A DNA stretch of 64,000 bases from Bacteroidota bacterium (GCA_037142075.1 JBAXBJ010000001.1:93617-157616), one strand, 5' to 3'; counted from the first letter of the stretch, positions 9,643 to 18,957 are shown. Numbers and translations are program-made. Notes: generated by a model from the letters alone, not told the origin.

Positions 9643-10671
9643 TTATGTTCCTGTAATAGTTTCAGATGTTTGACTGTTGTCTTTGATGCGATTATAGTTG
9701 TCTATAACAACCTTTTTACTTGTGTTGGCATAGCAATATTCGCACAAGTGAAGACAAGTGTTGTATTCACCGACATCCTTACTAAAAATGCAACCACAAA
9801 GTTCTCTCTGACCTTTATCTTTTAAATTCCGTTTTCTAATAGGTATTAGTTCTTCTCTTGTGTCAAATAAATCTGCTTTTTTAAGTTCATAGCCTAAGAA
9901 CTCCATTAGTTTCGTGTCATTATAAAATAGACGTTTCATTAAATCATCATCAATACACCTGTTGTGAATGATTCCATATTTTTCTAAATCTATTTTTTCT
10001 GCACAAGTACCAATTTCTATTTGCCACTTTTGATTTAGTTCTTTTAGTCCTTTTGCAAATTCATTCATTGAAATATCGTCAAATTCCGAATATTTTATAT
10101 TCTCTCTATTTAGGTTTGAATGAACCTTTCTATAAATCCCAATATCAGCAAAACTAAACACAAGCTTTTCTGTGTATTGAAACAATTGATTGCCAATTGT
10201 ATCTATTTTATTCAGTATTTCGTTTACTCCAATTTTGTCTGTAAGAATCAGTGGGTCAAATCTCCAAATAACTTTTTCTTTACCAATCTTTTCAGATAGT
10301 TTAATAAAAGTTTCAATTCTTGATTCCACACTAGGTACACTTGGCTCTAATTTTTCTTTTACATAGTCATTTAATGTAAATTGAAAATAGTAATTAAATT
10401 TTTTGTCATTTAAATAATCAAGATGCTGAATTATTGGTTTTGGATTTTTTGACCAAAACACGACTAATCGAGTGTTGTTAAATGTTACAAAAAGAGGTTT
10501 CTGGTTAAATGGATTTTTCCAGACCAGATATCCTTCTTTTAATCGGTTAATAAACCATTCCGAGTAAAATGCAGGTATATCAGTTGAGCGACTTGCGGAT
10601 AAAATAATAGGAGCTTGAGCTTCAAGAACTTCACCATCTTGTCTTGTCATTTTAATTTTTTCCCAATCCAT
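9643..10671 (-). CDS. DUF1848 family protein (radical SAM/SplB-related)
   Basis: ILSASRSTDIPAFY, VFWSKNP, WRFDP, C-terminal CGC..DVGEYNTCLHLCEYCYAN. Confidence 0.9.
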   Translation of the reverse strand: MDWEKIKMTRQDGEVLEAQAPIILSASRSTDIPAFYSEWFINRLKEGYLVWKNPFNQKPLFVTFNNTRLVVFWSKNPKPIIQHLDYLNDKKFNYYFQFTLNDYVKEKLEPSVPSVESRIETFIKLSEKIGKEKVIWRFDPLILTDKIGVNEILNKIDTIGNQLFQYTEKLVFSFADIGIYRKVHSNLNRENIKYSEFDDISMNEFAKGLKELNQKWQIEIGTCAEKIDLEKYGIIHNRCIDDDLMKRLFYNDTKLMEFLGYELKKADLFDTREELIPIRKRNLKDKGQRELCGCIFSKDVGEYNTCLHLCEYCYANTSKKVVIDNYNRIKDNSQTSETITGT

Positions 10672-10675
10672 TAAA

Positions 10676-10894
10676 CTACAGTATTTTGAAATTTAGATAA
10701 AAGTACAAAGATTTTGCGGGGTACCAATATTCTTGCTCTTTGCAAAGTTTTGATTGGATGGTCGTTACAAGCACCAACGAGCCGTCATTATTGATGTCAG
10801 CATTAATGACATCATTGTTTCCAATTGTTCTGATAAGTGATCCACTGTCTTTACGAAGTTCTACTTTACCGCTGACGATTTTAAGGATGTTCAT
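10676..10894 (-). pseudogene. probably truncated small beta-repeat protein
   Basis: GKVELRKDSGSLIRTIG unit followed by an unrelated-looking tail. Confidence 0.45.
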
Positions 10895-11092
10895 CGGTTT
10901 AAGATTTTATATTTTTTGTCTGCTGTGGTCAAATGTAGTGTAATAATTCAACCTACAGCATCCAATCAATAGTTGAATGTTTTTCTTTCATTTTATCCCA
11001 AAACCCCTCGCTCCAATCCATGACCACGGTAGCTTGCCAATCATTCGGAAAGCCAGTAAACACAGAATTTACCATTTTGCTTCCACAACCCT

Positions 11093-11410
11093 TTATCGGG
11101 GAATTGATTTCATAAAGTTTATATATTTATATTTTGGCTCAAATAGAATTGTTAAACCAATGGCGGAAAGGTGATTTGTTGTAGTAATTGGATTTTTCAC
11201 TCGTGTTCCAGCGATTTCACTTGAAGCAGCAATACTGTTGTCAGTTAGTTTTAAATATTTAATAAAATCCAGTGTGGATAGTCTGATTGCCATATTTACG
11301 ATTTCATCAGGTAGTTCTTTCACCCGATGAATTGCCAATATGTCCGTACCATTTTGGATTATTGGCATGAACATACTTTCAAATTCCTTTCTTTTTACCC
11401 AATTATCCAT
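11093..11410 (-). CDS. hypothetical protein
   Basis: 105-aa ORF 11 bp downstream of the SEC-C gene. Confidence 0.65.
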   Translation of the reverse strand: MDNWVKRKEFESMFMPIIQNGTDILAIHRVKELPDEIVNMAIRLSTLDFIKYLKLTDNSIAASSEIAGTRVKNPITTTNHLSAIGLTILFEPKYKYINFMKSIPR

Positions 11411-11421
11411 AGCTTAGTATT

Positions 11422-11886
11422 TTATTTGCCACAACATTTTTTGAACTTCAATCCGCTACCGCAGGAACAGGGTTCATTTCGTAACGGTGTTTTAGCTGCA
11501 ATTATTTTAGCTGTATTTTTATCAGGTAAAAAACGAACTAAAGGCACTGGATTTTCATCAGTTCCAATTTCAAGGTGTTTCTTTTCATCTGGGATTCTGT
11601 TCAGATCAATGATTCCTTCAATTAAATACTGAAGATCAGCAGATGCCCGAATTCCAAATGCTGCTGCTTGTATCACTTGATCGTTATCAAACACAACAAC
11701 TGGACACTTAGTACAAAAATGACTACCTGAATGATTGGTCATAAATTCACCTTGATCTGATTTTGTTTTTACTGAAAGAAGAATCGTACAGTTAAATTCA
11801 AGCAATTCAGAACCGCATTCAGGGCAATGTTTTAACCCACAATCCCTACTGTAATATCTTCTTTTTGACGTAGATAAATCAATCAT
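11422..11886 (-). CDS. SEC-C motif protein with N-terminal zinc ribbon
   Basis: CPECG...CTKC; C-terminal RNEPCSCGSGLKFKKCCG. Confidence 0.85.
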   Translation of the reverse strand: MIDLSTSKRRYYSRDCGLKHCPECGSELLEFNCTILLSVKTKSDQGEFMTNHSGSHFCTKCPVVVFDNDQVIQAAAFGIRASADLQYLIEGIIDLNRIPDEKKHLEIGTDENPVPLVRFLPDKNTAKIIAAKTPLRNEPCSCGSGLKFKKCCGK

Positions 11887-11916
11887 ATTAGTGTTTTTTT
11901 AGAACGGATAATAGTG

Positions 11917-12027
11917 TTACGCCAATTTGAGGTAAGGTGGATATTAGCATTACATTTCATTGACAAACATATGAATGTATATTCGAATGAAAAATATCCA
12001 ATAATCTACTTCACCCGTTGTATGTAA
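11917..12027. repeat. degenerate attC-like palindrome
   Basis: TTACGCCAAT..GGTAAGGTGGATATTA pairs imperfectly with TAATCTACTTCACCCGTTGTATGTAA, 10 bp from the antitoxin stop. Confidence 0.4.
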
Positions 12028-12037
12028 TAGGTTATGG

Positions 12038-12352
12038 TTATTGCTCAAGACTGATTTTGAAATGAGGCAATTCAACTTGTAACATCACTTTCGCCTGTAA
12101 AGCATTAAATACTCGCATAAGAGTCTCAATTGTAACATTACTGGCATTATTTTCAATTCTCGAAATTTGTGCTTTTTGCACACCAATTAGTTTCCCAAGC
12201 TCCTCTTGAGTTAATTTTCGCTCCTGTCTTGTCTGTTTTATTGCTTGCCCAATTAAGTCCATTTGTAATTCATATTCAAATCTGTCACGGTTTGGGGTGC
12301 CAATTTTACCGATAAGTTTATCTTGAACTTCGTCTAAAGTATGTGTTTTCAT
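12038..12352 (-). CDS. XRE-family HTH antitoxin (HigA-like)
   Basis: IKQTRQERKLTQEELGKLIGVQKAQISRIEN; overlaps the upstream toxin by 4 bp. Confidence 0.9.
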   Translation of the reverse strand: MKTHTLDEVQDKLIGKIGTPNRDRFEYELQMDLIGQAIKQTRQERKLTQEELGKLIGVQKAQISRIENNASNVTIETLMRVFNALQAKVMLQVELPHFKISLEQ

Positions 12353-12708
12353 TTCTTTGTCTTATTAGTGATTTCTTTATCTTCAAAATATCGTGAACGA
12401 ACTTGCTTTGCCTTCTGAATTTCGCTGTCAGGTGTTTTGCTGGTTTTCTTGACTATTCCATGGGTTGAAATAACAAGGGTATTTTCAGAAATTGTTTTAT
12501 CCCAAAATGCAAACAACCTATAATGAATTCCTTGATATAGCGTTCTGAATTCCCAAATCTCATCTTTAAGTTTTTTGAATAGTTCAGGATCATGCCTTGT
12601 CTGAGCTTTACGAATATTAAAGATGATTTTTTCGTAGTGCTTCTTCTCAAGATTACTGAGAAATTCAAAAGTCTCGTCTAAAAATATAATGTCAAAAAGT
12701 TTGTCCAT
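12349..12708 (-). CDS. RelE/ParE-superfamily toxin (HigB/Gp49-like)
   Basis: FKKL..EIWEFRT..YRLFAFWD..THGIVKKTSKTP..EI. Confidence 0.9.
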   Translation of the reverse strand: MDKLFDIIFLDETFEFLSNLEKKHYEKIIFNIRKAQTRHDPELFKKLKDEIWEFRTLYQGIHYRLFAFWDKTISENTLVISTHGIVKKTSKTPDSEIQKAKQVRSRYFEDKEITNKTKK

Positions 12709-12728
12709 TCATTTAATGCTTGATAGTG

Positions 12729-12736
12729 CAAAGGTA
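12729..12736 (-). promoter_or_regulatory. Bacteroidota -7 promoter element of the TA operon
   Basis: TACCTTTG on the minus strand 20 bp upstream of the toxin ATG. Confidence 0.6.
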
Positions 12737-12879
12737 CTTAATATGTTTCTATATAATGAAACTATTTTTAGATTGGATTTTTTTTTCAACTATGATCTAT
12801 AATGTTTGAGTTTAACAATTTGGCGGTTATTGAGCTTCGCCAAGGATATCAAAACTAATTAGCTTAACATTTTTATGCT

Positions 12880-13000
12880 ACAAGCCATTATCGCAGAAAT
12901 AGGGTTCATTTCGTAATGGTAATTGTCTGCTATTAGAAGATCGGTATTTATATCAGGTACGAAACGGGCTAATAAGTTATCCCATTTCTACGTTTATATT
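12880..13000 (-). pseudogene. decayed copy of the 3' part of the SEC-C gene
   Basis: AGGGTTCATTTCGTAATGGT...TATCAGGTACGAAACG matches 11470-11540. Confidence 0.6.
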
Positions 13001-13008
13001 TTGATTTA

Positions 13009-13239
13009 TCAAATTGTGAATGAGTATTTCCTACCGTCATCCAAACTATGGCTACCCATATTATGCCAATGAACCCAAATATCCCCTGACTTATTCTCAT
13101 AGTTATGGAACTCAACCCAGCCGTCAGAATGAGTTCGTTTTTCATCCGTTCCACCTAACCAGCCATAGTCGATCATCACACCAATATCACCTGCTGGTTT
13201 ACCGTCTTTATAGGTTACTTTTACTGAGAAGTGGCTCAT
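13009..13239 (-). CDS. small hypothetical protein
   Basis: 76-aa ORF coupled (TAATG overlap) to the NERD gene. Confidence 0.65.
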   Translation of the reverse strand: MSHFSVKVTYKDGKPAGDIGVMIDYGWLGGTDEKRTHSDGWVEFHNYENKSGDIWVHWHNMGSHSLDDGRKYSFTI

Positions 13240-14048
13240 TATTCAAATATCCTTTCCTTGCCCAACATATTCTTAATATTTCCTATATGCTGTATTTGAG
13301 TTTCCATATTTTCTCCATTTTGCACGCCTTCTTTTAAAATCCTCACAACATCGGCTTTATTTGTATAAGGAGCTGGTTCATTATTTTTTGCAATTATTTT
13401 CATAACCTCTAATACTCTTTTCGATTTCACAAGGTAAGTTCCATTCGGAACGAAACTTACCTCCTTCAAAACACAGTCACCATAAAACACCACGATTGAA
13501 TAAAATGGGATATTTTGAAATTGTTCTAATTGCATCTTTAAATCAATTATATGCTTATTATTCTGCATTATAGGATTGTAAAAACGGTATTTATTTTTTC
13601 CGTACGCTAACACTTGTGTCCATTGGGCATAATTTCCATTTCCATAAATCCAACCGCTGAAATCCTTTACTTCGAATACTATAATCCCCACCTTCGTGAC
13701 TACTACCAAATCAATTTGAGAAAAATCACCATCCTTCTTTTTTACATATAGGTCGTGAAAAATGGTCTGTGCAGGTATTCCGTGTTTCAAAAGTTTTAAT
13801 ACCAAATCTCTTTCTGTTTTTGTGCCTCTATTTGATTTCGTGACGGTATTTAATATTTTTTTGTCTCGTATTTTACTAAAGATGAAAATGAAGCTAAAAA
13901 GGAGAACTATACTAATTATAATCCACATCAGGATACTCGGATATGGCATTATATCTTTTTTAAATGGTTCTTGCACCCAAAATAAAACGATAATCAAGAA
14001 TAATGCAATTCCGAATGTCTTTTGTTTTTTGGAACCAATTTTAATCAT
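13239..14048 (-). CDS. NERD domain nuclease with N-terminal TM helices
   Basis: SQIDLVVV..GIIVFEVKDFSGWIYG..W..FYNPIMQN..H. Confidence 0.85.
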   Translation of the reverse strand: MIKIGSKKQKTFGIALFLIIVLFWVQEPFKKDIMPYPSILMWIIISIVLLFSFIFIFSKIRDKKILNTVTKSNRGTKTERDLVLKLLKHGIPAQTIFHDLYVKKKDGDFSQIDLVVVTKVGIIVFEVKDFSGWIYGNGNYAQWTQVLAYGKNKYRFYNPIMQNNKHIIDLKMQLEQFQNIPFYSIVVFYGDCVLKEVSFVPNGTYLVKSKRVLEVMKIIAKNNEPAPYTNKADVVRILKEGVQNGENMETQIQHIGNIKNMLGKERIFE

Positions 14049-14150
14049 TAACTGAAATCTTTATTACAGGTCTCAACAAATTTTGCTGGTGACGAAGTTT
14101 CAATTATGTTACCAAATTCGCCATTTATAGCCTATATTATGTGACTTTTT

Positions 14151-14717
14151 TTATTTGTCATCTGGTAATCCTATTCTTGATAGAAAGTTAGCAAAACGAT
14201 GGGAGATTTGCTCCCTATATAATTCCGATACTTTACATACAAAATTATTTTCCTTGTGTGTGTCCATATACTTGATATTTACTGTGAAATAATGCTTAAA
14301 ATCGATAACAGATTCCACAATAGGTATAGATGAATCAAATTCAAGGAAATGATAGCGGGGATTCTGATTGGCTTTCAAGAACTTATTATCACTTTTGTCT
14401 GATTTTCGGCTAATTTCCTGCATTTTAAGTCCTAATTCACTTAAATGTTCTCCGCTATACAAATGTTCAACATTGTAAATAGGGGCGACAATTACTGAAA
14501 TCAAATGTTTATCGTGATTTTGTGGGTTAGTTTTATTTCTATTTGTAAAGTCTTGTTGTAAATCACAGTCTTGAGTCAAAACCAATACTAATGGAAATAT
14601 AATTTTTGAAATCTCTATACCACCTTCCTTTTCTATTGCATATTCAATCATTTCAACATTTTTTAAAATGTCACCCTGACATACACGAGATTCTTTATTT
14701 ATATCAATCCTGACCAT
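14151..14717 (-). CDS. hypothetical protein (QGDI...VLTQDCDL family, possibly PemK-like fold)
   Basis: CQGDIL, VLVLTQDCDL, FLSRIGLP motifs; follows the TIGR04255 gene. Confidence 0.7.
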   Translation of the reverse strand: MVRIDINKESRVCQGDILKNVEMIEYAIEKEGGIEISKIIFPLVLVLTQDCDLQQDFTNRNKTNPQNHDKHLISVIVAPIYNVEHLYSGEHLSELGLKMQEISRKSDKSDNKFLKANQNPRYHFLEFDSSIPIVESVIDFKHYFTVNIKYMDTHKENNFVCKVSELYREQISHRFANFLSRIGLPDDK

Positions 14718-14889
14718 TTGTTAGTTTCGCTTTAATAATTACTCTTCGAGGTTTTGAAATACCATAAATTTCAAAGTCATTTGTAGAACAATCCTCTATT
14801 TTCGAGACTTCCTTAACTATTGTAGTTTCTTTTATACCTGTTTGTGATTCAGGTTGATATTCTTGTGAAAAATATTCTGTATCGCTCAT
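14704..14889 (-). CDS. small protein of the TIGR04255 triad
   Basis: 61-aa ORF overlapping both neighbours. Confidence 0.55.
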   Translation of the reverse strand: MSDTEYFSQEYQPESQTGIKETTIVKEVSKIEDCSTNDFEIYGISKPRRVIIKAKLTNGQD

Positions 14890-15632
14890 TATTTATAAAT
14901 TGTTCTAAATCTTTCTGTAATCGAACTTTCAAATAATTTTTGAATAGCAATATGAAACTCGGGGAAATAGCTATCTAATTCATCTTTTCCTAAAATCCCA
15001 GATGTATATGCATCATAATCCAAAATAAAAGCCTTCTTCTTAATTGGTGCAGGATAGTCTGGATTATGCATACCATATTGAAATCTCACATTGAACTCTC
15101 CAAAATTTAATTCCAAATTATGAAAAGCACGTGCGATAATTTGCTTGTTTTCAGGTATGTTAAAAATACAGAGCAAGTTTTTGTTTAATAGTTGAGTCCA
15201 ATTAAATGGGTCACCCTTTTCAATCTCAATATTATTTACATAGCGCATTCCAAATCTTTGTAATTGTAGATTAAAAATTTTAAAAAATGGATTAACAATA
15301 GTGAAAAAATCACTGCTAAATTTCACATAACTTTCATAATCATTATGGACAAGTAGCAAAGAGTCTTTTGTTATAACAAGTTTTCTATTTCTTTCCTTAT
15401 TGTGAAAGTTCCATTCTTTGACTTTGTTCTCATTTTGAGTCACTCCTTTATTTGAGATTTGAAGTTCTCTTGCAATTACTTCTCTTGGTTCAGGTATTGG
15501 AAATAATTTTTTAATTATTGAAATTAATTCACTCGGTATCTCATCATTAAATTGAGGTATCGGAATAAGAAAATCCAATCTGATGATGGCTTCCTTAATC
15601 GGATTTTTTGTGTAACAAATATCTTCAAGCAT
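14889..15632 (-). CDS. TIGR04255 family protein
   Basis: Y.KNPIKEAIIRLDF, Y.SY..F, RFGMRYVNNI, FILDYDAY. Confidence 0.8.
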   Translation of the reverse strand: MLEDICYTKNPIKEAIIRLDFLIPIPQFNDEIPSELISIIKKLFPIPEPREVIARELQISNKGVTQNENKVKEWNFHNKERNRKLVITKDSLLLVHNDYESYVKFSSDFFTIVNPFFKIFNLQLQRFGMRYVNNIEIEKGDPFNWTQLLNKNLLCIFNIPENKQIIARAFHNLELNFGEFNVRFQYGMHNPDYPAPIKKKAFILDYDAYTSGILGKDELDSYFPEFHIAIQKLFESSITERFRTIYK

Positions 15633-16105
15633 ATTATTAATTTTTCAGCGTTCGGTCTATATTATGGCACATAACGCCCATATATATTACTAAATCATAT
15701 TATGACTCCAGAAATTGACTATACACAAATTTTATTGGAGCTATATGAATTCTCGTCAAATTTAATAAATATTTGTGTTCTAAATTTATATTTAAAATAT
15801 TCTCCTGGGGATTCTTGTCGACACTTGTGCTTATATTAAGGTATTTGGTCTTTTGAGTTCAGAATTAAAGGATATAGAATGTTATGCAAAATCATGCACA
15901 TGCATTGTGTTAATTTGTTAGTCCACATTAATTCACTTTTGAATCTCGCTAATTGGCAGCATTTAACAACCGAATTAATACTCTTTTAGTTCCCTTTTAA
16001 TCTAAATTAAAACGGCAACAAAAAAAACATCATTTAATTTGTTGGAATCAATTAAAAGGTGTATTTTTACTGTCAGATTTAAAGGACAACATAAAACCAC
16101 ATATC

Positions 16106-16723
16106 ATGAAGGTAAAATACAACAGAGTTTCGACAATCCAACAGACTGGTGAGAGATTTTCAATGGATGAAACAAAATACGATTTGACGCTTATGGACAA
16201 AATAAGTGGAAGTGTTCCATTCATGGATAGACCCAAAGGAGCGGAGGTTGTTAAATTGATTGAAGCAGGTAAAATAACCGACTTGTACGTTGAAGAATTA
16301 TCTCGACTTGGTAGAAATACTGGTGACTGTATTAAGACCATGGAATGGTTAGAAAAGAATGAAGTAAATATTCACATCTTGAATCTTGGATTGCAATCAC
16401 GTCCAAATGGTGTTAAAAATCCAATCTGGAAAATGGTCTCAGTTTTATTGAGCAGCATATATGAAAGGGAATTAGATAACATAAAGGAACGGACGATGAT
16501 GGGTAAAGCTATCTACGTGAACAAAGGGGGCAGATTGGGGAGACCAGAAGGTACATCCGAGGGCGAAAAAACATTTCTCGAAAAAGATAAAACCAAAGAG
16601 ATTATAAAATATTTGAACAAGGATAGAACTATCAGGGAAATAAGCAAGTACACGGAGAGCAGTAACAAGACGATAATTAAAACAAAACGAATTGCTAAAA
16701 AATATGGCTTACTGACAGCATAA
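16106..16723 (+). CDS. serine recombinase (resolvase/invertase)
   Basis: YNRVST..Q catalytic Ser, DRP, ELSRLGR, LGRP, C-terminal HTH. Confidence 0.9.
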   Translation: MKVKYNRVSTIQQTGERFSMDETKYDLTLMDKISGSVPFMDRPKGAEVVKLIEAGKITDLYVEELSRLGRNTGDCIKTMEWLEKNEVNIHILNLGLQSRPNGVKNPIWKMVSVLLSSIYERELDNIKERTMMGKAIYVNKGGRLGRPEGTSEGEKTFLEKDKTKEIIKYLNKDRTIREISKYTESSNKTIIKTKRIAKKYGLLTA

Positions 16724-16776
16724 TATGCTGAATTAGAAAAAACAACAAACTCTTAAAATTACCTCATTTTTTTTAC

Positions 16777-16784
16777 TACCTTTG
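16777..16784 (+). promoter_or_regulatory. Bacteroidota -7 promoter element
   Basis: TACCTTTG upstream of the structured leader. Confidence 0.5.
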
Positions 16785-16857
16785 ATTATAACAAATCCAA
16801 ATTGTATGGTATAGAGAAAAGACATAAAATATAAAAGAGACGTTAGCTATTAGCCTA

Positions 16858-16991
16858 CTTACGAAAACTGGTAATTTTTAAACAACCATGGTTTAATAAG
16901 TTTAACGTCCACGCTCTGGCGTGGACTTAGCTTATTTGTGGTTGTAGGTATACCAGTACCTCGTAAGCATTTAATGTTAATGTTCCACGCT
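16858..16991 (+). ncRNA. structured leader RNA, c4/CI-like antisense or attenuator candidate
   Basis: Nested pairings CTTACGA/TCGTAAG, ACTGGTA/TACCAGT, ACAACCAT/GTGGTTGT, GTCCACGC/GCGTGGAC, plus a downstream TTCCACGC alternative partner. Confidence 0.6.
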
Positions 16992-17085
16992 GTTTTTATG
17001 TGGAAACCTCACTATATAACAACCCATAAATTTATCAAAGTCTTTCAATCTAATCTTGACCTACATAACAATTAAAACAAAATAA

Positions 17086-17622
17086 ATGGAATCTTTCCCA
17101 AATGATCGACATGTCGATTTTGAACCTATAATCAAAAGAATTAGAGGATACCACCAATTGCAGTTGTCAAGTCATTCATGCGCCTTTATAAAAATAAAGT
17201 TAAAAAGTGATGAGTTGGAATATTTGGCAGTTGAGTTGTCTAAAGTTTTATATGCGAATTTAACAATTCCAATTTTTAGCATTGATGCTGAAGACCCGAC
17301 AGTCTCTTTTCAAAGTATTAAAAAAACGCCAGTGATGACAACAGATTCAACTGGTCGGCATGGTTTTGTCACAAAACTACTATTCCCCGAAGATAAACCA
17401 GTTATTCTAATGATTAATTCATTCAATCAACTGAAGGGAATCGACCAAGGAGGTTTTGCAAGATTAGAGGATGAAAAGCATGATAATTATAAAACTCTGT
17501 GGGAAATTTTTATGGGAAGCATAATTCTTGCTGGTATAGATGAATCCGATAACCCAATTGATCCTCGTGCTTCTGAAATGGGTATTTATTTGAAACCTAC
17601 GTTTCTTTCGGTTAATCAATAG
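17086..17622 (+). CDS. hypothetical protein (possible degenerate AAA fold)
   Basis: 178-aa ORF; KPVILMINSFNQ resembles a decayed Walker B. Confidence 0.65.
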   Translation: MESFPNDRHVDFEPIIKRIRGYHQLQLSSHSCAFIKIKLKSDELEYLAVELSKVLYANLTIPIFSIDAEDPTVSFQSIKKTPVMTTDSTGRHGFVTKLLFPEDKPVILMINSFNQLKGIDQGGFARLEDEKHDNYKTLWEIFMGSIILAGIDESDNPIDPRASEMGIYLKPTFLSVNQ

Positions 17623-17664
17623 GAGTTTCCAAGACACATTAGAAATTGAATATTTTATTTAAAC

Positions 17665-18399
17665 ATGAAAACAAACTACCAAATATTCGAAATCGCCCAA
17701 GATCGCTACTGGATCAAGACCGCATCGGGCACACCTGTTCATCTTCACAAAGACCATAAAAATTATGGGCTTTCAAAACCTGCCATTGACTTACTTCTAA
17801 AGGATATTGAATTTAATTATCCTGATGATAATGGTAAGTTGGAACAGCCAGACAACTCCTTGTGCTATCAAATCTATCAAGTATCAGAGGAATACCCCAT
17901 AATCCCTACTTTACCTGATGAGTTTTTCGAAGATATGATTCAATGGGATTTATGTTATCGTTTAGCCTCCGATCCATTATGGCGGGAGGAACAAAAACAA
18001 CATATCCAATGCGTCATAGATTTTATTAACAGCAATGGGGCTAAATGGGTTGACCTAATGATTAATGGAGCTTCTGACCGTGAAGAAATGAAGAAATGGG
18101 ATGTTGATAAAACTCCTGATGATATCGTTCAACTCCTTTTCCCACTTTACAGGCAGATGAGTAATATTCAAAATAATTTCACCTATGTTCTTTATCGATT
18201 TTCTGTAAGTGTCTCAATCACCTTACCCCTGCTTTTTGTTTCGGGTAAGATAGATATTGATCAGTTTGTGGATGCTTATTATTATCTGCACCCCGAAGGC
18301 AAAGATGATAATCCTAAAAAAAGAGAAAAATGGAAAATTTTAGATCGGCAGAGAATATTGAATGGACAGGAGTTTATCCAAATTATTGGACAACCTTAA
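17665..18399 (+). CDS. hypothetical protein, distant ATP12/ATPAF2-like
   Basis: IKTASGTP, DLCYRLASDP..EQ...VIDFI, SITLPLLFVSGKIDIDQF. Confidence 0.55.
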   Translation: MKTNYQIFEIAQDRYWIKTASGTPVHLHKDHKNYGLSKPAIDLLLKDIEFNYPDDNGKLEQPDNSLCYQIYQVSEEYPIIPTLPDEFFEDMIQWDLCYRLASDPLWREEQKQHIQCVIDFINSNGAKWVDLMINGASDREEMKKWDVDKTPDDIVQLLFPLYRQMSNIQNNFTYVLYRFSVSVSITLPLLFVSGKIDIDQFVDAYYYLHPEGKDDNPKKREKWKILDRQRILNGQEFIQIIGQP

Positions 18400-18445
18400 T
18401 AATGCCATAAAACAACCCTAATACAAACAAATAAAAAATCACATT

Positions 18446-18688
18446 ATGGAAAAATCAAAATTATCACCAGAGGAAGTCGAAAAATATGAAAAAGATAATG
18501 AATGGGAAATAGAAGTCTCAAACAGATATCGTGGGTTAAAAGATGTCATTTTTAAAGATGCAACTAAGTGGAAAGATGGTGAAATTGGGGATCGAAATTT
18601 CCAAAATAGTATCTACAAGTCTATAGATGAATTTGTAATAGAACACAAATACAGACTGCTTAAATATTTAAATTCTTTGAAAGATTAA
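18446..18688 (+). CDS. hypothetical protein
   Basis: 80-aa ORF preceded by an A-rich leader. Confidence 0.6.
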   Translation: MEKSKLSPEEVEKYEKDNEWEIEVSNRYRGLKDVIFKDATKWKDGEIGDRNFQNSIYKSIDEFVIEHKYRLLKYLNSLKD

Positions 18689-18745
18689 CTAAAAACGCTT
18701 GTTGGAAAACCACTATTTATATTGCTAATATTTAATTCCTGATAC

Positions 18746-18946
18746 ATGGAAACATTTCTCAAACTGAATAAAGGTAATGTCGAGCTTTTTAACAGTAGTT
18801 CCCAGCGAATTAAAACCTTTTACAGTAAGGGTGATGCTATTAGAGTAGATTGGTACGAAAAAGAGAAAGGTTCAATCCAAGTTCAATTATCAAATGGAAG
18901 GCTCCTGATAATAAATAGTGGTTGTCAGGTGATACGCACAATTTAG
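18746..18946 (+). CDS. small beta-repeat protein
   Basis: KGNVELFN...RIKTF / NGRLLIIN..QVIRTI. Confidence 0.6.
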   Translation: METFLKLNKGNVELFNSSSQRIKTFYSKGDAIRVDWYEKEKGSIQVQLSNGRLLIINSGCQVIRTI

Positions 18947-18957
18947 CTTCTAAGCAA

